DNA from: Selaginella moellendorffii
Taxonomy: Eukaryota; Plantae; Lycopodiophyta
Length of the DNA stretch: 64,000 nt
Assembly: GCF_000143415.4 (NCBI RefSeq)
Contig: NW_003314277.1
Coordinates: 2,074,764-2,138,763, forward strand
Direction of reading: 5' to 3'
How positions within the stretch are numbered: the stretch's first letter is position 1; each line of letters starts with the position of its first letter. The notes under the pieces were generated by a model. The model had not been told where the DNA came from and did no database searches. It saw only the letters and a list, made by a program, of their open reading frames with translations. Made by a program: the position numbers and the translations under genes. This document shows, one piece after another, positions 11,272 through 21,072 of the stretch.

Positions 11272-12280
11272 ATGGAGAGGCTGCTTGCGAGAATAAGGAG
11301 GCTTCCAAAGGACGTGAATCATGTCGTCGAGCAGTGGAGCTTGCTCTTACAAGACGAGGACTTTCGCTGTTCATCCGGTAAGGCCCATCCTTTTCTTGGA
11401 ATCAAATACTATGCTCGTTTGTCACGCAGGAACTGGGGGATTGGTCCTGGTGACTGGACTTCCCGAGGACTATGCGGGCTGCTTTGACGGCTTGACACCC
11501 GACCAGATCGAGATAGCGACCACAATGTCCACGGGCCTCAACGTTGGCTACGGGATCATCAAGTGCGACGACGACACACAGGCTCGCAAAACCATTACTC
11601 AGCTTGATGGGTCGACGGTGGAGGGCAAGCAGATCCGTGCCGGATGGCTGTGCCAGGCAAATCCCCCGGAGCCTGGAGAAAAGAAAGAAGAAGAACTTGA
11701 AGAAGATGGCGATGGTGGCTTCTCGTTCAGCGTCAAGAGGGAACGCGGCCACTATCTGCTCGAGTATGAAGTGCGCTCCGACGGGAGGTTTCGTGCCGCG
11801 GCTCGCTACACCTCGAGGCCGTGCAAAGGTGACGAGAAGACAGTGTTTTACGAGACGTATGTCACTAGGGAGACTGTCCGTGAGTTCCAACGCATCATCC
11901 TCCAGGGCCAGGTACTTCGCTCGAGATCCTCTCCTTGTTTCATTCTTTCTAGATTCTCTTTTTCTCAACTTGGTTTCCAGGAGGACATGGATTTCAGCGA
12001 GGACAACGAAGCGTGGCCGGCTCCAGGATACGTGGCGGGCCGAAACCAGCTCAAGTTCTCGATGGGTGGGAAGAGCACTTGCCTGGCCTGCGAGGGTGGA
12101 CATGGCGGGACGGCATTCATGAGGCAGAGGGGGATGCACCGGCTGGCGTACTTCCATTACTTGCTCTACGATCTTGGGAACTTCGCCAAGTTGATTGTCG
12201 AGTTTCACGCTGGACGGCCGCTCATTGGAGAGCCCGCGGCGTGCCGCTGTGAGATCGATGGCTGGCTGGGTTTGCTCTAG
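11272..12280 (+). CDS. Fusion of a Y14/RBM8A-like RRM and a divergent Mago nashi domain (295 aa)
   Basis: Exons 11272-11377, 11430-11911 and 11981-12280 (888 nt, GT-AG introns, phases consistent). RRM: GGLVLVTGLPED...TGLNVGYGIIKC...ARKTITQLDGSTVEGKQIRAGW. Mago: GHYLLEYEVRSDGRFR...ETYVTRETVREFQRII..EDNEAWPAP...GRNQLKF...LAYFHYLLYDLGNFAKLIVEFH. Confidence 0.8.
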
Positions 12281-12413
12281 ATATTCACGTCAAAGATCCA
12301 AACTCTTTGTCAAAGGCTAGAGACTTGTTTGTCGCGACGGGTTATGAAATGATAGTATAGTTTACGAAAATTTAATGAGAAAAGAGAATAGAGCAAAAGG
12401 AAGAACCAGATCG

Positions 12414-15400
12414 TCAAAGCATTTGGTGGAGCGCTTGAAGCTTCTCCATCTCGATCGATCTCGCGGCACTATCGCCCTTCCAATTCTCCACCACCATCTC
12501 GTAAACTCGCCGCTGCTGCCGAGGATTGTCAATCGCCTGGCGAACATCGACTTGGCCGCAGAGCTTGAGCCTCTTGGACGCCGGCGTCAAGCTCTCCACC
12601 ACGTCGCCCAAGCTCGGCTCCCTCGACACGTACTCCATCCTCACCTCCACAAGCTTCTTCATCGCCCTCTTCACGCCATCGCCAAGCTTCACGGCCTCGT
12701 TCACGAGCCCCTCCTCCCTCTCCAGCATCCTCCTCAAAAGATTCGCCCTCTTACTCACGCACTCCACCATCGCTTCCAGCAGCTCCTCGTCCTCCAGCCA
12801 TAGCAAGAACTCGAAGAACTTCTTCTGCTTCTCCCAAGTCTTGTACACCTTCTCCTCCTGGCTCAAATACGATCGATCCTTCTGTATGCCGCTGGAGGTG
12901 GCACCGTGGTATTCAATCCAGGAACTCGTCTCCGCTAGATCAGCCGCGGTCACCACCTCGTCCTTGCAAAGCTTGACTACCACCGTTTTGGCCGCCTCGT
13001 TGTTCTTCAAGTCAACCAAGCCCGCAGCCTTTCGAATCGTCTTGATCGCAACACAATCGTTGTACTTCGCCAGCAAGACCTCGGGCTTTAGCAGCAGCGC
13101 AACCACAATCCAGTGCTCTTGTAGACTGGTCCTTCCCGGACCCGTGATCCGTGCAGCATAGTCGCAAGGAAAAGGCCTGGCAGCAAAACGCAGCGCTTCA
13201 TCGTGGCGTCCCAGCGATTCTAGCTCCAGCATAAACTCCACCATGTTGCCCACGTACGCCTCACACAGCTGTTCCGAGCTCTTGCCTTTCTTCAAACCGG
13301 ACCCGGCATAGCCATAACCACGGTTTGCCTTTTCCACTTTCGCTTTCGCTTCCTCTTCCTCCACCTTTCTATCCTCCGCCACCTTCTTCCTTTCGTCCCA
13401 GGTTCTCTCCACTTCGCCGGTGCGGCTCGGGAAAAAATGCATCACTTTGGCCAGCGTTCCGCCGCACAGCCTCTGAAGAGTTATCTTGCCGAGGATCTGC
13501 GAGGCCTCCTCCTGGAGCCCAGCTTCGAGGCAAAACTCGATCAAGAGCATGATCCCATCTCTTTTCCATTTCATACCACCCTGGACCTCGATCCCGGTCA
13601 AGTTCGCCATGAGCTTGGCACACAGCAGCTTTGCAGCTACAATGGCTCCGTCCTGATACCCGACCCCATCCCGCAGCCGCGAAGGAAAACCTCCCAGCTT
13701 CATCGCAGCTTCACCGGCAACGCGCTCTATGACTCCGGTAACGATCTCCTTGCAAGCCTCCCAGCCGTAAGCTTGCACGGCAATGGTGAATTCCTTGGTG
13801 TCTATCAGCTCCACACCCCAGCTCCTCATGATCGACAGCGCCTCGTCGCTAAGCCCAGACTTGACGCAAACTTCGAGCAGCTTTCCCGGAGCTTGGAGGA
13901 CCTCTTGTCTCTCCTCAGAGTTGTAAATTGAATAGCTCGCTTGGAGAAGCGAAGCAAGCGAATCAAACCGGTGTGTCAAAGACGTGACCATCTCCTGCAA
14001 GTGTCCCCTTGACGGTGATCCAGGAGCTGCAAAGTCACTGCCATAAGTTTCTCTCATCCAGTCCAGCACCCACGCTACGTCCTCCAACGACGAGCAGATC
14101 GTTCTCATGAAGCTGTCCTTGGGCCAAACCACGAGCACTGCTACGTGATAGAAGAACTGATCAGTTCCACCTTCGTTGCCAGCCATCATCCCGGTTCCTT
14201 GGAACTCGTCCTCGAGGAAATCAAACAAGTCAATCTCGCGAATCGCGTCAGCGTCTTCGTCGTCATAATCATCATCGATAGCTGTCTTTGTCCGAGAGGC
14301 CCTGAGAACTTCTTGCTTGATGTCTATGTTCCACTTCTTAAACTTTGCTGGCTGGTTGTCCACCGTGATCCAATTGTGAATCACGTACTCGACCTCGGGC
14401 TCGTCCGCCACGGTCTTGTGCTTGGTGAGCATGCAGAGATGAAGCTCTAGAAACTCGCAAGCTCTCACGAGAGCGGCCACCACGCGGTCGTGACCCTTGA
14501 GCCCCGCGAAAGACAGGCTCGTCTTTGAGTACTTGTGAGCCAAAGGAACCGCCAGTAGCTTACGACCCTTCCTGTCACTCTTGCTGACGTCTTGAACACG
14601 AACACCATCATCATCGCTATGGTCTTCGTCATCATCATCCTCTTCGTCATCAACGTCTCTCATATCATCGTCTTCGTTATCATCACCTTCTGCTGCTTGA
14701 TCATCACCAGTGCCAGCAGCCCATTGCTGGAAGAGAGCTCTCACTCGGGGAAGAGCCGAGACGAACGACGGGACGTTCTCCGCGGGTATAAACTCCACGT
14801 TGTTTCTCACCAGGCTAAAAACCAGGCACAACCTTGACCCGCTCGTCACCTCCTTGAGCTGGTGCTCGCAGTCGCAGAAGAAGATCGTCGAGAAGTAGCG
14901 GCTGGAGCTCCCGTCCGAGAAATCAAACTCGCAGCACTGCCGTCCCTGGCGGACCGCGAGAGCCCCGCCGCTGTGTCCCGTGCTCGTCGGAAGTTGCAAG
15001 ATCATGGTCGCAAACATGCCATCTTCCTTCTCCGTGTCCCTGTGGAACTTGAAGTGGCCGCCAGCCTCGTAGAGCAGCAGCTTGTAGAGCTTGACGTCGA
15101 GCTCCAGAGCAGTGGAATCCAGCCCCATGGCGGCGAGTCCATGCGCGGCCAAGTCGCGAGCCACCGACGAGAAGAAGTTTATAACCTCGGGGCAAGAGAC
15201 CCTGTCGGGATTGATCTGCCAAGCTCGCCTCACATCCGTGTCGACGAGAGTTCTCTCCCCAAGGCCGTATGGAGCTTGCTGGGACACGGACTTTATGTTG
15301 GCGAGACCTAGCGGCGAAAGTGGAAGACTGATCCTCTCGGCACCCTCCACATGCAGCGATGCTGGCATCCGAAACTTTGCTACGTCAATCTCACCTCCGG

Positions 15401-15455
15401 TGGCGAAGATCTCCCGGTCGCACCACAGCGCCTTGTTGAGCTTCTCCATAGCCAT
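12414..15455 (-). CDS. Large 2OG-Fe(II) oxygenase (prolyl-4-hydroxylase-like domain) with long C-terminal region, copy 1
   Basis: Intronless 1013-aa ORF with QAPYG..TLVDTDVRRAWQI, LYKLLLYEAGGHFKFHRDTEK..GMFAT (HxD), GGAL, CEHQLKEVTSGSRLCLVF (distal H and R), an acidic tract and GNEG..FFYHVAVLVVWP. Confidence 0.88.
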   Translation of the reverse strand: MAMEKLNKALWCDREIFATGGEIDVAKFRMPASLHVEGAERISLPLSPLGLANIKSVSQQAPYGLGERTLVDTDVRRAWQINPDRVSCPEVINFFSSVARDLAAHGLAAMGLDSTALELDVKLYKLLLYEAGGHFKFHRDTEKEDGMFATMILQLPTSTGHSGGALAVRQGRQCCEFDFSDGSSSRYFSTIFFCDCEHQLKEVTSGSRLCLVFSLVRNNVEFIPAENVPSFVSALPRVRALFQQWAAGTGDDQAAEGDDNEDDDMRDVDDEEDDDDEDHSDDDGVRVQDVSKSDRKGRKLLAVPLAHKYSKTSLSFAGLKGHDRVVAALVRACEFLELHLCMLTKHKTVADEPEVEYVIHNWITVDNQPAKFKKWNIDIKQEVLRASRTKTAIDDDYDDEDADAIREIDLFDFLEDEFQGTGMMAGNEGGTDQFFYHVAVLVVWPKDSFMRTICSSLEDVAWVLDWMRETYGSDFAAPGSPSRGHLQEMVTSLTHRFDSLASLLQASYSIYNSEERQEVLQAPGKLLEVCVKSGLSDEALSIMRSWGVELIDTKEFTIAVQAYGWEACKEIVTGVIERVAGEAAMKLGGFPSRLRDGVGYQDGAIVAAKLLCAKLMANLTGIEVQGGMKWKRDGIMLLIEFCLEAGLQEEASQILGKITLQRLCGGTLAKVMHFFPSRTGEVERTWDERKKVAEDRKVEEEEAKAKVEKANRGYGYAGSGLKKGKSSEQLCEAYVGNMVEFMLELESLGRHDEALRFAARPFPCDYAARITGPGRTSLQEHWIVVALLLKPEVLLAKYNDCVAIKTIRKAAGLVDLKNNEAAKTVVVKLCKDEVVTAADLAETSSWIEYHGATSSGIQKDRSYLSQEEKVYKTWEKQKKFFEFLLWLEDEELLEAMVECVSKRANLLRRMLEREEGLVNEAVKLGDGVKRAMKKLVEVRMEYVSREPSLGDVVESLTPASKRLKLCGQVDVRQAIDNPRQQRRVYEMVVENWKGDSAARSIEMEKLQALHQML

Positions 15456-16494
15456 GCCAAAAACCCTAGCAAAGAGGTTGAAAACATTTCATATGATATA
15501 ATCATTGCCTTGTTGAGCTGCTCCATAGCCATTCTGTTTCCTTGCAAATATGGGCTTATGGCTGAGCAAATCTGGCATATTATGGGATAGGATACTTTCT
15601 CTTCAACGTGGCGATCTGCAATTCTTCCAACAAGCGTGCGCCGCCTCAATCTCCAGGCTTCAACCGTAGAGACAATCTCCATCGGTCTGCATGCATGCCT
15701 AACAACCCGTAGATTGAAGGAAGCAGGAAGAAAAGACAGATCTCATCAATCACATCGTTTTCGATTGCTGCTGCAGGGTTAGCTTCCTTTGTTATATACA
15801 ACAGTCCATGAGAGATCTGATTGACCTAAAGCAGCCCGACGAGTCAGCGACATAAAATGGGAGAAGCAGTCCGTTTGTGAAGGAGTCAACGATTTTCCGG
15901 TCAAGGCTTGATGGATAGCCTTAAACTTTTCTAATAAAACATAATTACAATTAAAATAAATAAAAATTAAAAAATTATATTAATAATTTAATATATTCTC
16001 AGAATATTCAGATATATTATAAGATACTATTAAATTTTATTGGTTGAGATTTAATAACTTTCATATATATGAATAAAATATTTGTTCTAACCAAGCAATT
16101 TTTCCTCATTATTAAACAATTATTCCCCTCTTAAAAATAAAAAGTCATGATATTACAATTAATTTCAATTTGATTTATAAGTAGAAATGATCGTAGTAAA
16201 CTACTTTAGAATATTAAAATTTGTTATATTAATGACCACAGTTATATAGATAAACTCCTTTTTCTCGGTTTGTTGAGAGTGTATAAAGTAGTATATTAAA
16301 AATATAATTAATGTAACAAAATAAAAAAAAGTTAGGCTTTTATAGATAAATATTTAATTTTTATAATATTTAATGAATATATTTTATGTCACATCACATC
16401 TCCAATCAATAAAAAGACATGCATAGCTTTTCAATTACATAACAATGTCCTATATACCTGTCTATTTGTATATAGCATCATAGCCATACACTTG

Positions 16495-16497
<3 letters not shown>

Positions 16498-16555
<58 letters not shown>
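16498..16555. repeat. Compound (TA)n(GT)n microsatellite
   Basis: Directly visible TA run followed by a GT run. Confidence 0.97.
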
Positions 16556-16558
<3 letters not shown>

Positions 16559-16914
16559 GCCAATACTAATATTAGCGTAGTGGGATTTTGGTAGCCATCG
16601 GATTGGTTTCAATCCGGACCACTCGCTCCTGTATATAAGCTAGGGTTTTTGGGCTAATTGATATGCACATTTTCTGTATTCCCTTTTTATATTCCAAGCA
16701 CTATATATATATATATAAAAATTATTTACAAGTCTACTATATATTCACTACAGGATTAATTGTAAACCATGCACACATCTACATATGAGTTGCAAGCCTG
16801 CATTCACATCTTGCCACCCACAATGTGATGCATGATGGGGCAGGAATAGCACCAATGGCATACATCAAAAAGAATATTTTAGTTTATCTAGAATCAGAGT
16901 CTGCAAGATTTAGG

Positions 16915-17763
16915 TGGGAACCTGCCACTCAGATGGGGTTTAATTGAAAGCGGACACTTCTTGTTATCTTTGTTCCTTCTCACAATTCTGAGCTGTGAAT
17001 TTCCTGGCCAGATCAATCTAGATACCTAGACTCGGTTGCACATTTTCTTAAGTCCTTTGGCTCGCTTTATAAATTGGCGGGCTAGAATTGCAAACATCTA
17101 TTAATGGTATGCCCTTTATCTCACTTGGTTGATTGGGTGTGGCAAGAATTTTTTATTATGGCTTGTTTACTATCTTATATGTTCTTGAGAGCTTCCATTT
17201 GAATTTGCCCTAGCACCCAAAATCCAGCATATGGTAGTGGAGAGGATAATGGAGGTTTTAGCACAATAAGCTTTCTCTCAACACACTCGTAAGTTGTAAT
17301 TAAGTAAGGTTCTCTTACAATAGATACAATTTTTCAAGACTTTACTCAATGACAACACTAAAAGCTTCATATAAGTGATAACATAGTTCCTTATGCACTC
17401 GGTATGGCACCATCTTACATGGCAAAACCATCATTGCACTCACAGCAGGTAAGCTACTTTGTGAATAATTGTGATTTTCTAAATTGCTGTAAATGTATTG
17501 TAGAGAATTCACTGAGACTTGTGACAAAACTGCCTTTACCACTCAAGCGTATATGCTGATAATTCAGAAGCACCACCATCTGAGGCAATTCCAAGCATGT
17601 GCAAAGATGTCATGATAATTATCGAGCGCCAAATTTGTTCTGTCAACGGTCAAGCTCTAAAACAGCAGGTGTGCATTCTTTTGAAATGAATCGTGAATTA
17701 TGCTCATACAACTCCTCTTGAGCCGGCAGAAGAGCAAGACAGTGCACTATAAATGTACTGCTG
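16915..17763 (+). pseudogene. Decayed copy of the RING-H2 orphan gene
   Basis: Colinear similarity to about 9170-10808 (ggccagatcaatc; attgggtg..gcaagaattt; cacagcaggta..gtgaataattgtgattt; cctcttgagccggcagaa; aaatgtactgctg). It has deletions and stops and ends just at the RING start. Confidence 0.8.
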
Positions 17764-17855
17764 GCTACTGCTGGTTCGACGGGTTTTGAAATGATAGTAT
17801 ATTCTACGAAAATTTAATGAGAAAAGAGAATAGAGCAAAAGGAAGAACCAGATCG

Positions 17856-20800
17856 TCAAAACATTTGTTGGAGCGCTCGAAGCTTCTCCATCTCGATCGA
17901 TCTCGCGGCACTATCGCCCTTCCAATTCTCCACCACCATCTCGTAAACTCGCCGCTGCTGCCGAGGATTGTCAATCGCCTGGCGAACATCGACTTCGCCG
18001 CAGAGCTTGAGCCTCTTGGACGCCGGCGTCAAGCTCTCCACCACGTCGCCCAAGCTCGGCTCCCTCGACACATACTCCATCCTCACCTCCACAAGCTTCT
18101 TCATCGCCCTCTTCACGCCATCGCCAAGCTTCACGGCCTCGTTCACGAGCCCCTCCTCCCTCTCCAGCATCCTCCTCAACAGATTCGCCCTCTTGCTCAC
18201 GCACTCCACCATCGCTCCCAGCAGCTCCTCGTCCTCCAGCCATAGCAGGAGCTCGAAAAACTTCTTCTGCTTCTTCCAAGTCTTGTACACCTTCTCCTCA
18301 CTGTCAACGTCTTCATATCGATCCTTCTGGGAAGTGGCACCATGGTATTCATTCCAGGAACTCATCTCCGCTATATCAGCCGTGGCCACCACCTCATCCT
18401 TGCAAAGCTTGACCAGCACCTTCTTGGCCGCCTCGTTGTTCTTCAAGCCAACCAAGCCCGCAGCCTTTTGAATCATGTTGATCGCAGCACAACGATGGTA
18501 CTCGCCCAGAATGACCTCGGGCTTTAGCAGCAGTGCAACCACAATCCAGTGCTCTTGTAGACTGGTTCTTCCCGGATCCGTTAACTTCTGTGTAGCACAG
18601 TCGCAAGGAAAAGGCCTGGCAGCGAAACGCAGCGCTTCATCGTGGCGTCCCAGGGATTCTAGCTCCAGCATAAACTCCACCATGTCGCCCACGTACGCCT
18701 CACATAGCCCTTTCGATCCGGAATAGACATAATCATAGTAAGAGAAACGGTTTTCCTTCTCCGCTTTCGCTCTCGCTTCCGCCATCTTCTTCCTTTCGTC
18801 CCAGGCTCCCTCCACTTCGCTGGTGCGGCTCGGGAAATAATGCATCACTTTGGCCAGCGTTCCGCCGCCCAGCCTCGGGAGAGTTAGCTTGGCGAGGATC
18901 TGCGAGGCCTCCTCCTGGAGCCCAGCTTCGAGGCAAAAATCAACCAAGAGCATGATCCCATCATCTTCTCTTTTCCGCTTGTAACTGTCCTGGAACTCGG
19001 CCGGGAGCTCGGTGGAGATCGCGATGAGCTTGGCATACAGCAGCTTTGCAGCTCCAATGGCCCCGTCCTGATACCCGACCTGGTCCCGCAGCCGCGAAGG
19101 AAAGCCTCCCAGCTTCATCACAGCGGCATGCCATGCAGGAGCTTCACCACCTTTTTCTTGCCTTAGAAAGGATACTTGTTTCCTAGGTGGAGTCTTCTCC
19201 ACGCGCTCGATGACTCCAGCAATGATCTCCTTGCAAGCCTCCCAGCCGTAAGCTTGCACGGCAATGGCGAATTCCTTGGTGACTATCAGCTCCACACCCC
19301 AGCTCCTCATGATCGACAGCGCCTCGTCGCTAAGCCCAGACTTGACGCAAACTTCGAGCAGCTTTGCCGGATCTTGGAAGAGCTCTTGTTTCTCCTCAAA
19401 GCTGTAATAGTCCCTTTCGAGAAGCGAAGCCAGCGAATCAAACCGGTGTGTCAAAGACGTGACCATCTCCTGCAAGTGTCCCCTCGACGGTGATCCAGGA
19501 GCTGCAAAGTCACCGCCATAAGTTTCTCTCATCCAGTCCAGCACCCACGCTACGTCCTCCAACGACGAGCAGATCGTTCTGATGAAGCTGTCCTTGGGCC
19601 AAACCACGAGCACTGCTACGTGATAGAAGAACTGATCAGTTCCACCTTCGTTGCCAGCCATCATCCCGGTTCCTTGGAACTCGTCCTCGAGGAAATCAAA
19701 CAAGTCAATCTCGCGAATCGCGTCAGCGTCTTCGTCGTCATAATCATCATCGATAGCTGTCTTTGTCCGAGAGGCCCTGAGAACTTCTTGCTTGATGTCT
19801 ATGTTCCACTTCTTAAACTTTGCTGGCTGGTTGTCCACCGTGATCCAATTGTGAATCACGTACTCGACCTCGGGCTCGTCCGCCACGGTCTTGTGCTTGG
19901 TGAGCATGCAGAGATGAAGCTCTAGAAACTCGCAAGCTCTCACGAGAGCGGCCACCACACGGTCGTGACCCTTGAGCCCCGCGAAAGACAAGCTCGTCTT
20001 TGAGTACTTGTGAGCCAAAGGAACCGCCAGTAGCTTACGACCCTTCCTGTCACTCTTGCTGACGTCTTGAACACGGACACCATCATCATCGCTATGGTCT
20101 TCGTCATCATCGTCTTTCATATCATCGTCTTCGTTATCATCATCTATATCATCACCTTCTGCTTCGTTATCATCACCTTCTGCTTGATCTGCTTGATCAT
20201 CACCAGTGCCAGCAGCCCATTGCTGGAAGAGAGCTCTCACTCGGGGAAGAGCCGAGACGAACGACGGGACGTTCTCCGCGGGTATAAACTCCACGTTGTT
20301 TCTCACCAGGCTAAAAACCAGGCACAACCTCGACCCGCTCGTCACCTCCTTGAGCTGGTGCTCGCAGTCGCAAAAGAAGATCGTCGAGAAGTAGCGGCTG
20401 GAGCTCCCGTCCGAGAAATCAAACTCGCAGCACTGCCGTCCCTGTCGGACCGCGAGAGCCCCGCCGCTGTGTCCCGTGCTCGTCGGAAGTTGCAAGATCA
20501 TGGTCGCAAACATGCCATCTTCCTTCTCCGTGTCCCTGTGGAACTTGAAGTGGCCGCCAGCCTCGTAGAGCAGCAGCTTGTAGAGCTTGACGTCGAGCTC
20601 CAGAGCAGTGGAATCCAGCCCCATGGCGGCGAGTCCATGCGCGGCCAAGTCGCGAGCCACCGACGAGAAGAAGTTTATAACCTCGGGGCAAGAGACCCTG
20701 TCGGGATTGATCTGCCAAGCTCGCCTCACATCCGTGTCGACGAGAGTTCTCTCCCCAAGGCCGTATGGAGCTTGCTGGGACACGGACTTTATCTTGGTGA

Positions 20801-20963
20801 GACCTAGCGGCGAAAGTGGAAGACTGATCCTCTCGGCACCCTCCACATGCAGCGATGCTGGCATCCGAAACTTTGCTACGTCAATCTCACCTCCGGTGGC
20901 GAAGATCTCCCGGTCGCACCACAGCGCCTTGTTGAGCTGCTCCATAGCCATCCTCTTTCCCAT
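17856..20963 (-). CDS. Large 2OG-Fe(II) oxygenase, copy 2
   Basis: Intronless 1035-aa ORF, near-identical to copy 1 in the catalytic N-terminus and the extreme C-terminus. The 3' flank is also duplicated (12335 vs about 17777). Confidence 0.88.
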   Translation of the reverse strand: MGKRMAMEQLNKALWCDREIFATGGEIDVAKFRMPASLHVEGAERISLPLSPLGLTKIKSVSQQAPYGLGERTLVDTDVRRAWQINPDRVSCPEVINFFSSVARDLAAHGLAAMGLDSTALELDVKLYKLLLYEAGGHFKFHRDTEKEDGMFATMILQLPTSTGHSGGALAVRQGRQCCEFDFSDGSSSRYFSTIFFCDCEHQLKEVTSGSRLCLVFSLVRNNVEFIPAENVPSFVSALPRVRALFQQWAAGTGDDQADQAEGDDNEAEGDDIDDDNEDDDMKDDDDEDHSDDDGVRVQDVSKSDRKGRKLLAVPLAHKYSKTSLSFAGLKGHDRVVAALVRACEFLELHLCMLTKHKTVADEPEVEYVIHNWITVDNQPAKFKKWNIDIKQEVLRASRTKTAIDDDYDDEDADAIREIDLFDFLEDEFQGTGMMAGNEGGTDQFFYHVAVLVVWPKDSFIRTICSSLEDVAWVLDWMRETYGGDFAAPGSPSRGHLQEMVTSLTHRFDSLASLLERDYYSFEEKQELFQDPAKLLEVCVKSGLSDEALSIMRSWGVELIVTKEFAIAVQAYGWEACKEIIAGVIERVEKTPPRKQVSFLRQEKGGEAPAWHAAVMKLGGFPSRLRDQVGYQDGAIGAAKLLYAKLIAISTELPAEFQDSYKRKREDDGIMLLVDFCLEAGLQEEASQILAKLTLPRLGGGTLAKVMHYFPSRTSEVEGAWDERKKMAEARAKAEKENRFSYYDYVYSGSKGLCEAYVGDMVEFMLELESLGRHDEALRFAARPFPCDCATQKLTDPGRTSLQEHWIVVALLLKPEVILGEYHRCAAINMIQKAAGLVGLKNNEAAKKVLVKLCKDEVVATADIAEMSSWNEYHGATSQKDRYEDVDSEEKVYKTWKKQKKFFELLLWLEDEELLGAMVECVSKRANLLRRMLEREEGLVNEAVKLGDGVKRAMKKLVEVRMEYVSREPSLGDVVESLTPASKRLKLCGEVDVRQAIDNPRQQRRVYEMVVENWKGDSAARSIEMEKLRALQQMF

Positions 20964-21072
20964 GCCAAAAACCCTAGCAAAGAGGTTGCGAAAATTACGT
21001 GTGAAAAAACTTCATATGATTATATCATTGAAGTTTTATTAGTCAATGAGTGAAATCCAGGATTTTTCTAGT

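Noticed and set aside
11321-11429. ORF-track start of the 319-aa ORF (MSSSSGACSY...)
   Set aside because: It reads through intron 1. ATG 11272 with a GT-AG intron at 11378-11429 gives a better model.
11402-12208. 268-aa antisense ORF and 192-aa alternative-frame ORF over the fusion gene
   Set aside because: Shadow ORFs with no independent coding signal.
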